This document shows positions 1-10,212 of a stretch of DNA of 64,000 nucleotides, piece by piece (positions within the stretch are counted from its first letter, which is position 1; each line of letters opens with the position of its first letter). Source of the DNA: Candidatus Spongiisociaceae bacterium (GTDB lineage Bacteria > Actinomycetota > Acidimicrobiia > Spongiisociales > Spongiisociaceae); assembly GCA_965202665.1 (NCBI GenBank), contig OZ241841.1:1088001-1152000 (forward strand). Reading direction: 5' to 3'. The position numbers and the translations under genes were made by a program. Below the pieces are notes generated by a model. The model was not told the origin of the DNA. It made no database searches and was given only the letters and a program-made list of their open reading frames with translations.

Positions 1-2
1 AA

Positions 3-608
3 CCGAGCCTGGCGGCGGAGATCGCGGAACGGGCCGGGGAGGCGGGAGCGGCGGCGGTGGACGCCCCGGTCAGCGGAGGGGACGTGGGGGCCCGCAACGG
101 AACCTTGTCCATAATGGTGGGTGGAGCGGAGGAGGCGGTGGAGCGGGTGCGGCCCGTGTTGGAGACGATGGGAAGCGCGGTCGTCCACCAGGGGGGGCCG
201 GGGGCGGGACAGCACACCAAAGCGGTCAACCAGATTCTCATCGCCACCGGGATGATCGGAGTGTCGGAGGCCCTGTTGTACGGCAAGCGGGCCGGGCTGG
301 ACTTGGACAAGGTGATGGAGTCGGTGAGCGGGGGGGCGGCCGGTTCTTGGTCGCTCTCCAACTACGGCCCCCGCATGCTGAGCGGCGATTTCCGGCCCGG
401 TTTCTTCGTGGACCATTTCGTGAAAGACATGGGCATCGCCCGCCAAGAGGCGGCGGCGATGGACCTGCCGGTTCCCGGCTTGGCCTTGGCCCACGAACTG
501 TACGTGTCCCTGCAAGCGCAGGGCTTGGGGCAAAAAGGAACCCATTCCCTGATCCTCGGCTTGGCCCGCCTAGCCGGAATGGACTGGGACCCCGCCGCCG
601 AAGGCTAA
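3..608 (+). CDS. NAD(P)-dependent beta-hydroxyacid dehydrogenase (3-hydroxyisobutyrate dehydrogenase / tartronate semialdehyde reductase family), 5'-truncated by the window edge
   Basis: DAPVSGG..GA..GTL.IMVGG motif, catalytic K in 'HTKAVNQ', 'F.VDHFVKD'. The frame is open upstream of 57 to the window start ([11 protein letters not shown]...). Confidence 0.9.
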   Translation, partial: PSLAAEIAERAGEAGAAAVDAPVSGGDVGARNGTLSIMVGGAEEAVERVRPVLETMGSAVVHQGGPGAGQHTKAVNQILIATGMIGVSEALLYGKRAGLDLDKVMESVSGGAAGSWSLSNYGPRMLSGDFRPGFFVDHFVKDMGIARQEAAAMDLPVPGLALAHELYVSLQAQGLGQKGTHSLILGLARLAGMDWDPAAEG

Positions 609-1300
609 TCCAACTCGTTGCGCGCCTGCTCCGCTTCGGCTTGCAAAACGGGCAAATGGTTTTCCACGATATCCCAAATTATCCGGTTGTCTATTTTCGT
701 ATAACGATGCGCCAAAAAGGTGCGTAAACCAATTATTTCCCGGTATTTGGCGAACTTTGATGTTATTTCCGGGTTGGTACGGTTCAACTCCCGCATAGCT
801 TCGCAGATGACGGTGAGCCGACGCTCTACCAGGTTGCGCAACAACTCATCCGAGTCGTAATCTTCCCCGGTTTTGCCAGCGGCGCAGCGACGGATGGTCT
901 GCGCCGAATCAAGGATTTCATACAGGCAACTTTTGATTCTCCGGTTCACGGAACTCTCCCCCCGATCGCCGGGGGGCTTGGACATCGCAGGTCTTTCCGG
1001 CCCGTAAATCAGGGTTGCGGTTTCTTCCACCTCTTCTAGGAAATGGGGGTTGGCGATGGCTGAATATTCCACCAAGTCAACCGGGCGATGGAACAGTTCG
1101 TTCATCTCCATCACCATTCTCACCGGGTGGAAACCGCATTGAGGCGCCTCTTCTTGGAACTCCACCAAGAAGTCCACGTCGCCGTCGGGGCGCATTGGGC
1201 CGTTGGCGGCCGACCCGAACAGGTGCAGCCGTTCCACCTGATATTTACGGCAGATTTGATGTATTTGCTTCATCCGCTCCGTTACCAGCGAAGCAACCAT
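605..1300 (-). CDS. Fused MNT nucleotidyltransferase (MntA-like) and HEPN/DUF86 RNase (HepT-like)
   Basis: N-half LFGSAANG...[10 protein letters not shown] (GS..DxD Pol-beta motif) and 'RPVDLV'. C-half '[11 protein letters not shown]' and '[12 protein letters not shown]' (Rx4HxY). AGGAG RBS upstream. More AT-rich than the neighbours. Confidence 0.85.
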   Translation of the reverse strand: MVASLVTERMKQIHQICRKYQVERLHLFGSAANGPMRPDGDVDFLVEFQEEAPQCGFHPVRMVMEMNELFHRPVDLVEYSAIANPHFLEEVEETATLIYGPERPAMSKPPGDRGESSVNRRIKSCLYEILDSAQTIRRCAAGKTGEDYDSDELLRNLVERRLTVICEAMRELNRTNPEITSKFAKYREIIGLRTFLAHRYTKIDNRIIWDIVENHLPVLQAEAEQARNELD

Positions 1301-1387
1301 GATCTTCTCCTTTCCTCTCTCCCAACCTAACGCGTCCCCAAGAATTTAGGGCGAAGCGCGGCAACGGGGGCGGGGTAGGATTGGGAA

Positions 1388-2806
1388 ATGACCGTTTCCG
1401 CCCCGCCTAATGTCCTAGCCGACCGCTACGCCGGTTCCGCTTTGCGGGAGATGTGGTCCCCGCGGCGGCGGGTGGTGGCCGAACGGGAGTTGTGGGTGGC
1501 GGCTTTGGAAGCCCAAACGGAGTTGGGAGTTCCAGCAGCGGAGGGAACCGCGCAGGCGTACCAGGCGGTGATGGAGCAAGTTGATTTGGATTCCATCCGC
1601 AACCGGGAACGGCAGACCCGCCATGACTTGGCCGCCCGCATCGCCGAGTTCAACGACTTGGCGGGCCGTCAGGCCATCCACCGGGGCCTCACCTCCCGGG
1701 ACATTACTGAAAATACGGAGCAGACGCTCATCCGCCGCTCCCTGCTGGTCATCCGGGACAAGACCATCGCTTTGCTGGCCCGGATGGGCGCCCGGGCCGC
1801 GGAGCACCGCGACCTGGCCGTGGCGGGCCGCACCCACAACGTCGCCGCCCAGCCGGTCACCTTCGGGAAACGGCTGGCGGCCGCCGCCCAGGAAACCCTG
1901 TTCGCCCACCGGCGGTTGGAGGGCCTGTTGGCCGACTATCCGCTGCGGGGGCTGAAAGGAGCCACCGGGGCCCAACAGGACCTGCTGGACCTCTTCGCGG
2001 GCGACGCCGGAAAAGTGGAGGAAATGGAGCGCAAAATAGCCCGCATGCTGGGTTTTTCCCATGTCATGACCGCCGTCGGGCAGATCTACCCCCGTTCGCT
2101 GGATCTGGAAACCGTCTCCGTCCTCAACCTGATAGCGTCCGGCCCCTCCTCCCTGGCCGTCGCCCTTCGGTTAATGGCCGGACAGGGCCTGGTGGCGGAA
2201 GGCGGGCGGGACGGCCAGGTGGGTTCTTCGGCCATGCCCCACAAAACCAACATGCGCACCTGCGAACGGATAAACGGTTTGGCCCTGGTTCTGCAAGGCC
2301 ATTTGACGATGGCGGGCGGGCTGGCGGGCGGGCAGTGGAACGAAGGGGACGTGAGCGACTCGGTGGTGCGCCGGGTCATATTCCCCGACGCCTTTTTCGC
2401 CTGCGACGGCCTGCTGGAGGGCGCCCTGCACGTGTTGGACGGGTTGCAAACTTTCCCGGCCCTCATACGGGCCGAACTGGAAGCGGAATGGCCTTTTCTG
2501 ACCACCACCCGGGTGCTGACGGAAGCCGTCCGGGCGGGAATGGGCCGGGAGGACGCCCACCGGAAGATAAGCGACCACGCCGCCCGGGCCGCCGCCGCCC
2601 GCCGCCGCGGCGAAGACTGCGACTGGTGGGGGGATCTGGGAGACGACCCCGGCTTCCCCCTCACCGCCGACCAAATCCGGGAGGCGGCCCGCGGTGCGGG
2701 AACGGGACGAGCCGCCGGGCAAGCGGACGACATCGTCGCCCAAATCAGCGAAATAACCGCCGGGTCCCCAGAGGCCGCCGCCTACCGGCCGGAACCCCTC
2801 CTCTAA
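1388..2806 (+). CDS. purB: Adenylosuccinate lyase
   Basis: NVLADRYA N-terminus, 'TRHD', 'IHRGLTSRDITEN', 'GRTHNVAAQPVTFGKR', and the signature 'GSSAMPHKTN'. Confidence 0.93.
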   Translation: MTVSAPPNVLADRYAGSALREMWSPRRRVVAERELWVAALEAQTELGVPAAEGTAQAYQAVMEQVDLDSIRNRERQTRHDLAARIAEFNDLAGRQAIHRGLTSRDITENTEQTLIRRSLLVIRDKTIALLARMGARAAEHRDLAVAGRTHNVAAQPVTFGKRLAAAAQETLFAHRRLEGLLADYPLRGLKGATGAQQDLLDLFAGDAGKVEEMERKIARMLGFSHVMTAVGQIYPRSLDLETVSVLNLIASGPSSLAVALRLMAGQGLVAEGGRDGQVGSSAMPHKTNMRTCERINGLALVLQGHLTMAGGLAGGQWNEGDVSDSVVRRVIFPDAFFACDGLLEGALHVLDGLQTFPALIRAELEAEWPFLTTTRVLTEAVRAGMGREDAHRKISDHAARAAAARRRGEDCDWWGDLGDDPGFPLTADQIREAARGAGTGRAAGQADDIVAQISEITAGSPEAAAYRPEPLL

Positions 2807-2911
2807 CCCTCCCCGGATGGGCCCGCGCCGTCTTAATTCGCTTTCCGGCTTACAATGTCCCCATGAAAGGGCGGAACCATATTTGAACCACCTGCTTCCC
2901 GGCTGGGCGAA

Positions 2912-3739
2912 ATGCCCCAACATGCGGCCTTCGCCCGCCCCGCCCTGCCCGACGACCGGGAGGTGGCGGTGGCCGTCGCCCTAGCGGGGGCGGAGGCGGT
3001 GCGCCGGCAGATGGGCCGCGGCCTGTCCCCGGAGATGAAAGGGCGGGTGGATCCGGTCACGGCCGCCGACCGGGAAGCGGAAGCGGCCATCCTGGAAGCC
3101 TTGGGCGAGTTGCGGCCCGGGGAGGCCGTTTTGGCCGAAGAAAGCGGGGGGCGCACCGAACCGGAGGGAAGGCGGTGGATCATCGACCCGCTGGACGGAA
3201 CGGTCAATTTCGTGCACGGCGTCCCCCAGACGGCGGTGTCGGTCGGCCTGTGGGACGGCCCGCAACCGGTGGCGGGGGCGGTGGTGGACGTAACCCGGGG
3301 CGAAGTGTTCAGCGCCGCCGCCGGGGAGGGGGCCCGGCTGGGGGACCAACCGATCCGGGTTTCTTCCCGCTCCCGTCTCATCGACTGCCTGATGGCCACC
3401 GGTTTTCCCTACGACCGGCAAAAGTGGGCGGCGGAATACACGGCGGCGATGGGCCGGGTCATGACCCGGGTGCGGGACGTGCGGCGCATGGGAGCGGCCG
3501 CCTTGGACTTCGCCTGGGTGGCCTGCGGCCGCTTCGACGGATTCTGGGAGTTCGGCCTGCACCCGTGGGACGCGGCCGCCGGGTTGTTGCTGGTGACCGA
3601 GGCGGGCGGGGTGACCGCCGATCTCCGCTCCCGTCCGGCCGGAGTCGACTCCGGCGTTTTCATCCTTTCCAACCCGGCGGTGGCCGACGAGTTCATCGAA
3701 CTGATCCGTTCCCTGGCCCCCGCCCATCTGCGGCCATGA
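2912..3739 (+). CDS. Inositol monophosphatase family protein (SuhB-like)
   Basis: 'VTAADREAE', 'LAEE', 'WIIDPLDGTVNF', 'RRMGAAALD', 'WDAAAG'. The exact start is uncertain. Confidence 0.9.
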   Translation: MPQHAAFARPALPDDREVAVAVALAGAEAVRRQMGRGLSPEMKGRVDPVTAADREAEAAILEALGELRPGEAVLAEESGGRTEPEGRRWIIDPLDGTVNFVHGVPQTAVSVGLWDGPQPVAGAVVDVTRGEVFSAAAGEGARLGDQPIRVSSRSRLIDCLMATGFPYDRQKWAAEYTAAMGRVMTRVRDVRRMGAAALDFAWVACGRFDGFWEFGLHPWDAAAGLLLVTEAGGVTADLRSRPAGVDSGVFILSNPAVADEFIELIRSLAPAHLRP

Positions 3740-4785
3740 CCTTCCCCGACCTGCCCGTTTACGATCTGCGGCCCGACGAGGGCCCCACCCCGATCGACGA
3801 CCTGTCCCGTCTAACGGAAACCCAGCGCGCGGCCGACCTGGGGATAGCCAAATTCTGGGAGGAGTGGCCCACGCTGGCCCCGTTGTTGGAAACGGACTTG
3901 GCCGACGGCCGGCACGGGCCGGGGTCGGATCTTCTCACCGGGCTGGCGGACGCCGTCAACCCCGGTTTGGAATGGGACATCCTGCCCGGCCGGGAGGCCC
4001 GGCACGCCCTGTGCCTGAGCGCCGCCGCCGACCTGGCTTTGCGGGGCCTGACGGAACGGTGGCTGAAAGCAGCCCCCCCGGCGAACGAGACGTGGGAGTT
4101 CCATCCGGCCCGCATCTCCCTCCCTTTGGAAAACATCGTCATCGGCGAGACGGAAATCGATCCGGAGGACGCCGCGGCTTGCATAACGGTGGATTCCAGA
4201 ACGGAAACCTTGGAGGTGATCATCTGCCACGCCAGGTTCACCGGAATGGACGAAACCCTGCAACTGCAAGCCGCCTTCCGAATGCTGGACGACCTGTTGG
4301 GGGAGGACGACGCCGAAAAATGGCTGGGGTCGGTGGAAACCGCCCCCCGCCCCCCCGGCCCTTCCCTTCCTTTCCCGGAGGTGGCGGAGCGGGCGGCGGA
4401 GTTGGCGGCGGCCGCCACCGGGGAAAAATGGGACATCATCCCCGAATACGACGGCGAAGAGTGGGTAAACGACCTGCACATCAACCGGGCCCTGAAACGG
4501 GTGGACCATTTGGAGATGACCGCCTTGGCGATAATCAATCTGGAAACCCCGAATCCGGATCGTTCCGGTCCGGCCGCGCAACTGGAACGGGAACTGTCCG
4601 GGATTCTCGGACCGCGGGGAATGTTTTTCGCCCGGGCCTACTACGAGGATTACACCGTCCTCTACGCCTACCTGCACCCGACGGCGGCGGCGGAAATAAG
4701 GGAAGCCGCCGCCCGCAATTCGCTCGTCTACCAGACCACCGTGCAACCGGATGAAACCTGGAACATTTACCACCAGATGATGTGA
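3736..4785 (+). CDS. Hypothetical protein, DUF695-like
   Basis: ATGA overlap with the upstream stop (ATG 3736). 'FWEEW...NPGLEW', 'LDDLLGE' and the C-terminal 'DETWNIY' recall DUF695-type proteins. The track's 3175 start is an in-frame extension overlapping the suhB-like gene. Confidence 0.6.
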   Translation: MTFPDLPVYDLRPDEGPTPIDDLSRLTETQRAADLGIAKFWEEWPTLAPLLETDLADGRHGPGSDLLTGLADAVNPGLEWDILPGREARHALCLSAAADLALRGLTERWLKAAPPANETWEFHPARISLPLENIVIGETEIDPEDAAACITVDSRTETLEVIICHARFTGMDETLQLQAAFRMLDDLLGEDDAEKWLGSVETAPRPPGPSLPFPEVAERAAELAAAATGEKWDIIPEYDGEEWVNDLHINRALKRVDHLEMTALAIINLETPNPDRSGPAAQLERELSGILGPRGMFFARAYYEDYTVLYAYLHPTAAAEIREAAARNSLVYQTTVQPDETWNIYHQMM

Positions 4786-4807
4786 CCCGCCCAAGCGAAT
4801 TGCCCGA

Positions 4808-6769
4808 ATGCTGTACGACTATCAGGCGGCCACTCCGCAAACGGTAACCGAGGCGGCGGACGACGCCATCGACCGATGCCGGGATTTGGCGGATCAGGCG
4901 GCGAACGCCGAAGGCCCCCGCACTTTCGCCAACACGTTGGCCCCGTTGGAGGAGGCGGGGCGGTTGTTGGCCGTCGCCTACGGCCGGGGGCCTTTTCTGG
5001 GAAACACGGCGGCGGACGAGGAAACCAGGCAGGCGGCCCGGCTGGCCGGGGAGCGGATGGAGAAATGGGCTTTGGAGATGGTTTCCCGCCGCGACCTGTT
5101 CCAAGCGGTGGCCGAATTCGCCGACACGGAGGAGGCGGCCGCCTTGACCGGGGAACGGGCCCGGGTTTTGGAACACACCAGGCGCGACCATCGGATGGCG
5201 GGCCGCGAACTGTCCGACGAAGACCGGGAAGCGGTGCGGGAACGGCTCGCCCGGCTGGTGGAAATCGGCGTGGCTTTCTCCGCCAACCTGGCCGAATACG
5301 ACGATCACCTGTTGGCGACCGCCGCCGACCTGGAAGGGTTGCCGCCCGACTACATCGACCGGCTGGCCCCCGGCGACCAACCGGGAACCTACCGCATCAC
5401 GATGGACTACCCGGATGCCATACCCTTTTTGGAATGTTCGCCCCGCCGCGACCTGCGGGAGGCCCTGTCTTTCAAATTCGGCAACCGGGCCCGGGAGTCC
5501 AACGCCCCCCTGCTGGAAGAGGCCCTGAGGTTGCGGGCCGAGATCGCCGGCCTGTTCGGAGCCCCCTCCTGGGCCCACCATGTGATGCAGAATAAAATGG
5601 CCGCCCGGCCGGAGGCGGTGGAAGAGTTCTACCGGTCTTTGCTCCACCCTTTGACCGAGGCCGGTTTGCGGGAGCGGGAGGCCATGGAGGCCCTGCTGGC
5701 CGCCGACGGGGGCCGGCCCCCCGCCGCTTCCTGGGACCGGGCCTGGTGCCACACCGAGCAACTGAAACGGGAACACGGCGTAGACCCGCTGCAGGTCGCC
5801 GCCTTCTTCCCTTTGCCGGCCGTGTTAGAGGGCCTGTTTGAGATTACGCAAACCGTGTTCGGACTGCGCTACCGGGCCCTGCCCGACGCCCCGGTTTGGC
5901 ATCCGGAGGTGCGGGCCTACCGGATGACCGACGCCGCCACCGGCGACCTGATCGCCCATTTCTACATGGATTTGCACCCGCGCCCCGGCAAGTTCGGGCA
6001 CGCGGCCGTCTTCCCGTTGCTCCCCGCGGCGAGCGACTTGGATGGGGAGCGGCTCCGGCCGGCCTGCGCCATCGCCGCCAACTTCACCCGCCCCGCCGCC
6101 GACCGGCCCTCCCTGCTGTTGCACGACGAGGTGGTGACCCTGTTTCACGAGTTCGGACACGTGTTGCACATGTCGCTGGCGCAAACCGAATTCGCCCGTT
6201 TCTCCTCCGCCAACACCGAAGCCGACTTTGTGGAGGCCCCCTCCCAGATAATGGAAAACTGGTGCTGGGAGGTTTCGTCCCTGCGATCCTTCGCCCGCCA
6301 TTACCAAACGGGGGAACCCATCCCCGAGGAGCTGGTCGACCGGCTCGCCGCGGCCAGAAACCTGAACGCCGGCCTGCGCAACCTGCGGCAGATAATGCTC
6401 GGCCAGATCGATTTGGATCTGCACGGCCCCCGCCCGCCGACCGACTTGGAGGAGATGTTGCGCCGCCGGGCGGCCACCGGACTTTTCCCCCACCACGAGG
6501 GAACCTTTTTCCCGGCCTCTTTCGGCCATCTGCTGGGCGGATACGACGCCGGTTACTACGGCTACCTGTGGTCGCAGGTGTTCGGCGAGGACATGTTCAG
6601 CCGGTTCGCTCAGGAAGGGGTTCTGTCGCCCGCGGTGGGGATGGACTATCGGAGATGCGTGCTGGAACCGGGGGGAAGCCGGGACGCGCAACAGCTGCTG
6701 GAGGACTTTCTGGGACGTCCCCCCGACAATCGGGCTTTCCTGCGAAGCCTGGGACTGGACGGAGAATAA
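4808..6769 (+). CDS. M3 family metallopeptidase (thimet oligopeptidase / oligopeptidase A-like)
   Basis: 'YMDLHPRPGK', 'TLFHEFGHVLH' (HExxH), 'DFVEAPSQIMENW', 'FGHLLGGYDAGYYGYLWS'. Confidence 0.93.
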   Translation: MLYDYQAATPQTVTEAADDAIDRCRDLADQAANAEGPRTFANTLAPLEEAGRLLAVAYGRGPFLGNTAADEETRQAARLAGERMEKWALEMVSRRDLFQAVAEFADTEEAAALTGERARVLEHTRRDHRMAGRELSDEDREAVRERLARLVEIGVAFSANLAEYDDHLLATAADLEGLPPDYIDRLAPGDQPGTYRITMDYPDAIPFLECSPRRDLREALSFKFGNRARESNAPLLEEALRLRAEIAGLFGAPSWAHHVMQNKMAARPEAVEEFYRSLLHPLTEAGLREREAMEALLAADGGRPPAASWDRAWCHTEQLKREHGVDPLQVAAFFPLPAVLEGLFEITQTVFGLRYRALPDAPVWHPEVRAYRMTDAATGDLIAHFYMDLHPRPGKFGHAAVFPLLPAASDLDGERLRPACAIAANFTRPAADRPSLLLHDEVVTLFHEFGHVLHMSLAQTEFARFSSANTEADFVEAPSQIMENWCWEVSSLRSFARHYQTGEPIPEELVDRLAAARNLNAGLRNLRQIMLGQIDLDLHGPRPPTDLEEMLRRRAATGLFPHHEGTFFPASFGHLLGGYDAGYYGYLWSQVFGEDMFSRFAQEGVLSPAVGMDYRRCVLEPGGSRDAQQLLEDFLGRPPDNRAFLRSLGLDGE

Positions 6770-9007
6770 ATGGATACCGGGAGCAAGGCGCGGACCGTTC
6801 CGGTCGGAGAAGACCGGGAAACTTTGGTGTTCGACGTAAACGGGATGCATTGCGCATCGTGCGTGACGCGGGTGGAGAAGGCGCTGTCCTCCCAACCGGG
6901 GGTGGCGGCGGCCACCGCCGATTTGCTGACCCGCTCCGCCCGGGTGCGCCTCGCCGACCGGCCTCCGGGGACGGACCCCGCCCGGGGTTTGACCGAGGCC
7001 GCCTCCGCCGCCGGCTACCGCCTGGTCCTCCGCCGGCCCGAAACCAGCCCGCCCGACGCCCGGGCCCAAGACCGGCGGGAGCGGCGCTTCTACGGACGAC
7101 GGGCCGCCGCGGCCGCCGCCCTGACCGCCCCCGCCATGGCCCTGGCCATGTTCATCCCCGAACCGGGCTGGTCGCGCTGGGGGCAGGCCGCCCTGTCCGG
7201 GGCGGTGATGTGGGCCGCCGGGCTGGTCTTCCACCAGGGAACCTGGACGCGCCTGCGGCGGCGCACGGTCAACATGGACGTCCTCATCACCCTCGGATCG
7301 TCCGCCGCCTGGTTCTATTCGCTGTGGGCCCTGGCCGCGGGCCGACCGGTGTTTTTCGAAACGGCGGCCGCCATCATCTCCTTCGTGCTGCTGGGCCGCT
7401 ATCTGGAAGCCCGGGTCAAAGAGCGGGCCTCGCAAGCGGTGGGCAACTTGGTGGAGATGGAAAACCGGGAGGCCGATGTCCGGCGCAACGGGGAATGGGT
7501 GCGCCTGCCCTGGCGGGAAATCCGGGCGGGCGACCAAGTTTCGGTCCCCCCCGGGGCCCGGATTCCGGCGGATGGGACGGTGGTGGAAGGGTCGGGGGAG
7601 GTGGACGAGTCCATGCTGACCGGCGAAACCCTGCCGGTGCTCCGCGCGGCGGGGGACCCGGTAATCGGCGGGTCGGTCAACCAGGCCGGACGCCTGATAG
7701 TGGAGGCGACCGCGGTGGGCGAAGATTCCACCGCCGCCCGCATCGCCCGCCTGGTGGCCGAAGCCCGCGCCTCCAAAGCCCCCATCCAGCGGCTGGCGGA
7801 CCGGGTTTCGGCGGTGTTCGTTCCGATGGTGCTCGGGGCCTCCCTTCTCACCCTGCTGGGATGGCTGCCATGGACGGACGCGGCCGACGCGGTGCGCAAC
7901 GCGACGGCGGTGCTCATCATCGCCTGCCCGTGCGCCCTGGGGCTGGCCACCCCCGCCGCCATCGCCGCCGTCTGCGGACGGGGGGCGGAGTTGGGGATCA
8001 TCTTCCGTTCCGCCGAGACGCTGGAACGAATGGGGAAACTGGATTTGGCGGCCTTCGACAAAACCGGCACCCTCACCACCGGCCGAATGACTTTGACCTC
8101 GGTGCAAAACCACCCCGCCCATCCCGACTTTTTAGCGGCCATCGCGGGGGTGGAGCGGGCAACCGGCCATCCCATCGGGGCGGCGGTGGCGGAAGAGGCC
8201 CTCCGCCGGGGGACGGTCCCGGCCGAGGCGGAAAACGTGGTCGTTTTCCCCGGGCTGGGAGCGGAGGGGACGGTCGCCGGGCGGCGGGTGACGGTGGGCT
8301 CCCCGGAACTGATGGAACAACAGGGCATCGCCGTCGATGAACAGTGGCGGAGCGCCCTGGAAGAGGCCCGCCGCCGGGGGGAAACCGCTTTCGCCGGGGC
8401 CTGGGAGGGACAGGTGCGGGGCGTGGCGGCGGTGAGCGACCGGCCCCGTCCCGACGCGGAGCGGGTCATCTCGCAACTGCGGAAAAGGGGGCTGGAAACG
8501 GCCATGCTGACCGGCGACCATCCCCTGCCCGCCCGCCGGGTGGCCGGGGAACTGGGCGTGGAGCGGGTGCACGCCCGCCTCCTGCCGGAGGACAAAGCCC
8601 GCCTCGTCGAACAGTGGCGGGAGGAGGGGCGGACGGCCGCCTTCGTGGGGGACGGAATAAACGACGCCCCCGCCTTGGCCGCGGCCGAAGTGGGGATGGG
8701 GATGGGACCCGGGGCGGCGATGGCGGTGCGGGCCGCCCCGGTTACTTTGATGTCGGGCGATCCGGCGCAGGTGATCCACGCTTTGGACTTGGCGGACCGC
8801 GCCCTGCGGGGCATCCGCCAAAACCTGTGGTGGGCCTTTTTATACAACGTGGCCGCCGTCCCGCTGGCCGCGGCCGGATTGCTCAACCCGATGGCGGCCG
8901 CGGCGGCCATGGCCCTGTCCAGCCTCTCGGTGACGGCCAACAGCCTGCGCATACGCAACTGGAAACCGGCCGATTCGGACGCTCCGCCGGCGCCGTCGGT
9001 TAAATAG
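6770..9007 (+). CDS. Heavy-metal (Cu+/Ag+-type) P1B-1 ATPase
   Basis: N-terminal HMA 'GMHCASC', TGE, 'ACPCALGLATP', 'FDKTGTLT', 'GDGINDAPAL', YN in 'FLYNV', 'MALSS'. Confidence 0.93.
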   Translation: MDTGSKARTVPVGEDRETLVFDVNGMHCASCVTRVEKALSSQPGVAAATADLLTRSARVRLADRPPGTDPARGLTEAASAAGYRLVLRRPETSPPDARAQDRRERRFYGRRAAAAAALTAPAMALAMFIPEPGWSRWGQAALSGAVMWAAGLVFHQGTWTRLRRRTVNMDVLITLGSSAAWFYSLWALAAGRPVFFETAAAIISFVLLGRYLEARVKERASQAVGNLVEMENREADVRRNGEWVRLPWREIRAGDQVSVPPGARIPADGTVVEGSGEVDESMLTGETLPVLRAAGDPVIGGSVNQAGRLIVEATAVGEDSTAARIARLVAEARASKAPIQRLADRVSAVFVPMVLGASLLTLLGWLPWTDAADAVRNATAVLIIACPCALGLATPAAIAAVCGRGAELGIIFRSAETLERMGKLDLAAFDKTGTLTTGRMTLTSVQNHPAHPDFLAAIAGVERATGHPIGAAVAEEALRRGTVPAEAENVVVFPGLGAEGTVAGRRVTVGSPELMEQQGIAVDEQWRSALEEARRRGETAFAGAWEGQVRGVAAVSDRPRPDAERVISQLRKRGLETAMLTGDHPLPARRVAGELGVERVHARLLPEDKARLVEQWREEGRTAAFVGDGINDAPALAAAEVGMGMGPGAAMAVRAAPVTLMSGDPAQVIHALDLADRALRGIRQNLWWAFLYNVAAVPLAAAGLLNPMAAAAAMALSSLSVTANSLRIRNWKPADSDAPPAPSVK

Positions 9008-9034
9008 CGGCGCGGGAACGCTACCCTGTCGGAT

Positions 9035-9898
9035 ATGGCCGCGCTCTACGACAACATGGAATGGCTGGAGGAAACCCCGCCGTTGCGAAATCCGGTGGCG
9101 GTCATCGCCTACGAAGGGTGGAACGACGCCGCCGACGCCGCCAGCGGGGCGGTGAACCACCTGCTGGAGCACCACAGCGCGCGCGCCCTGGCCCGCCTGC
9201 ACGTGGAAGAGTACGTCAACTTCCAGGATCAGCGCCCCCATTTGGAGTTGGACAACGAAGACCGCAAAGTCATCTGGCCCGCCACCAGTTTCATGGGCGT
9301 CAAATTGCCCGACCACGAACACGACCTGGTGGTGGTGCAAGGCGATGAACCGCATTACTACTGGCGTAAATACTGCGGCCAGGTGGAGTCCGTCCTGCGC
9401 CGGTTGGGGGTAAGCGAAGCCGTCACCCTGGGGGCTTTCCTGGGCCAGATACCCCACACCCTGCCGGTGCAAATTTTCGGCCTGTCCACCGACCCCGACT
9501 TCACCGTGAAAATGAACGTGCACCCTTCCGACTACGAGGGGCCGATCGGCATCACCGGGGTGTTGCACGGCTTCTTGGAGGAAAGCGGAATGGCGGCCCA
9601 CAGCCTGTGGGCGGGCGTCCCCCACTACCTGGCCGCCAACCCCAGTCCCACCGCCATCCGCGCCCTGCTCCACAAACTCGGAGAAGTGATCGGGTGGCAT
9701 CTGAAGCCGGGCGACCTGGAGGAGCAGGTGGAGCGCTACGAGGAAAGCATACGGGCGGCGGTGGAGGACTCCACCGATTTCAACGAATACGTACGGCAGT
9801 TGGAGGAAGAGTCCGACCATTTGACCATCACCCCCCGCGATTCGCACCGGATGGTGCAGGACATCGAGCGGTTCCTGCAGGACCCGTCCTCGGCGTAA
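9035..9898 (+). CDS. PAC2 family (proteasome assembly chaperone-like) protein
   Basis: 'AYEGWNDAADAAS', 'EPHYYW', 'PHTLPV', 'YEGPIGI.GV', 'LWAGVPHY', 'YVRQLEE', as in actinobacterial PAC2 proteins. Confidence 0.88.
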   Translation: MAALYDNMEWLEETPPLRNPVAVIAYEGWNDAADAASGAVNHLLEHHSARALARLHVEEYVNFQDQRPHLELDNEDRKVIWPATSFMGVKLPDHEHDLVVVQGDEPHYYWRKYCGQVESVLRRLGVSEAVTLGAFLGQIPHTLPVQIFGLSTDPDFTVKMNVHPSDYEGPIGITGVLHGFLEESGMAAHSLWAGVPHYLAANPSPTAIRALLHKLGEVIGWHLKPGDLEEQVERYEESIRAAVEDSTDFNEYVRQLEEESDHLTITPRDSHRMVQDIERFLQDPSSA

Positions 9899-9983
9899 AA
9901 TTCCGGCGCCGGGGCCGGACTTGCCAAACCGCCCTCCAAATCAAGTATCATGTACCGCACCCGACCTTGACCAAAGGAGATGA

Positions 9984-10076
9984 ATGGGCTCGCTAATTAA
10001 AAAGCGCCGCAAGAAGATGAGCAAGCACAAGTACCGCAAGCGCATCAAGGCCAACCGTCACAAGAAGCGGCGCTAG
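9984..10076 (+). CDS. Small basic ribosomal protein, bS22 / AURKAIP1-COX24 family (30 aa; not in the ORF track)
   Basis: Hand translation gives MGSLIKKRRKKMSKHKYRKRIKANRHKKRR*. AAAGGAG RBS at 9973-9979. Confidence 0.88.
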   Translation: MGSLIKKRRKKMSKHKYRKRIKANRHKKRR

Positions 10077-10212
10077 CGGCCCCGACTCCCCGGTCGCGCC
10101 GGCTCCCCCGGCCCGGAGTTCCCCCATCCCAGGTTTGCTTACCGTCGGCAAACGGTCTAAAATGGCAAGGCGGGCGGACCGGGGTTTGCGGTTCGTAAGC
10201 GAGGAGTAAGAA

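Noticed and set aside
3175-3735. Long N-terminal extensions in the ORF track (3175, 18410, 24297, 29249, 29539, 38772, 42686, 47357)
   Set aside because: Most overlap upstream genes. Internal starts with an RBS or ATGA/TGATG coupling match where family homology begins.
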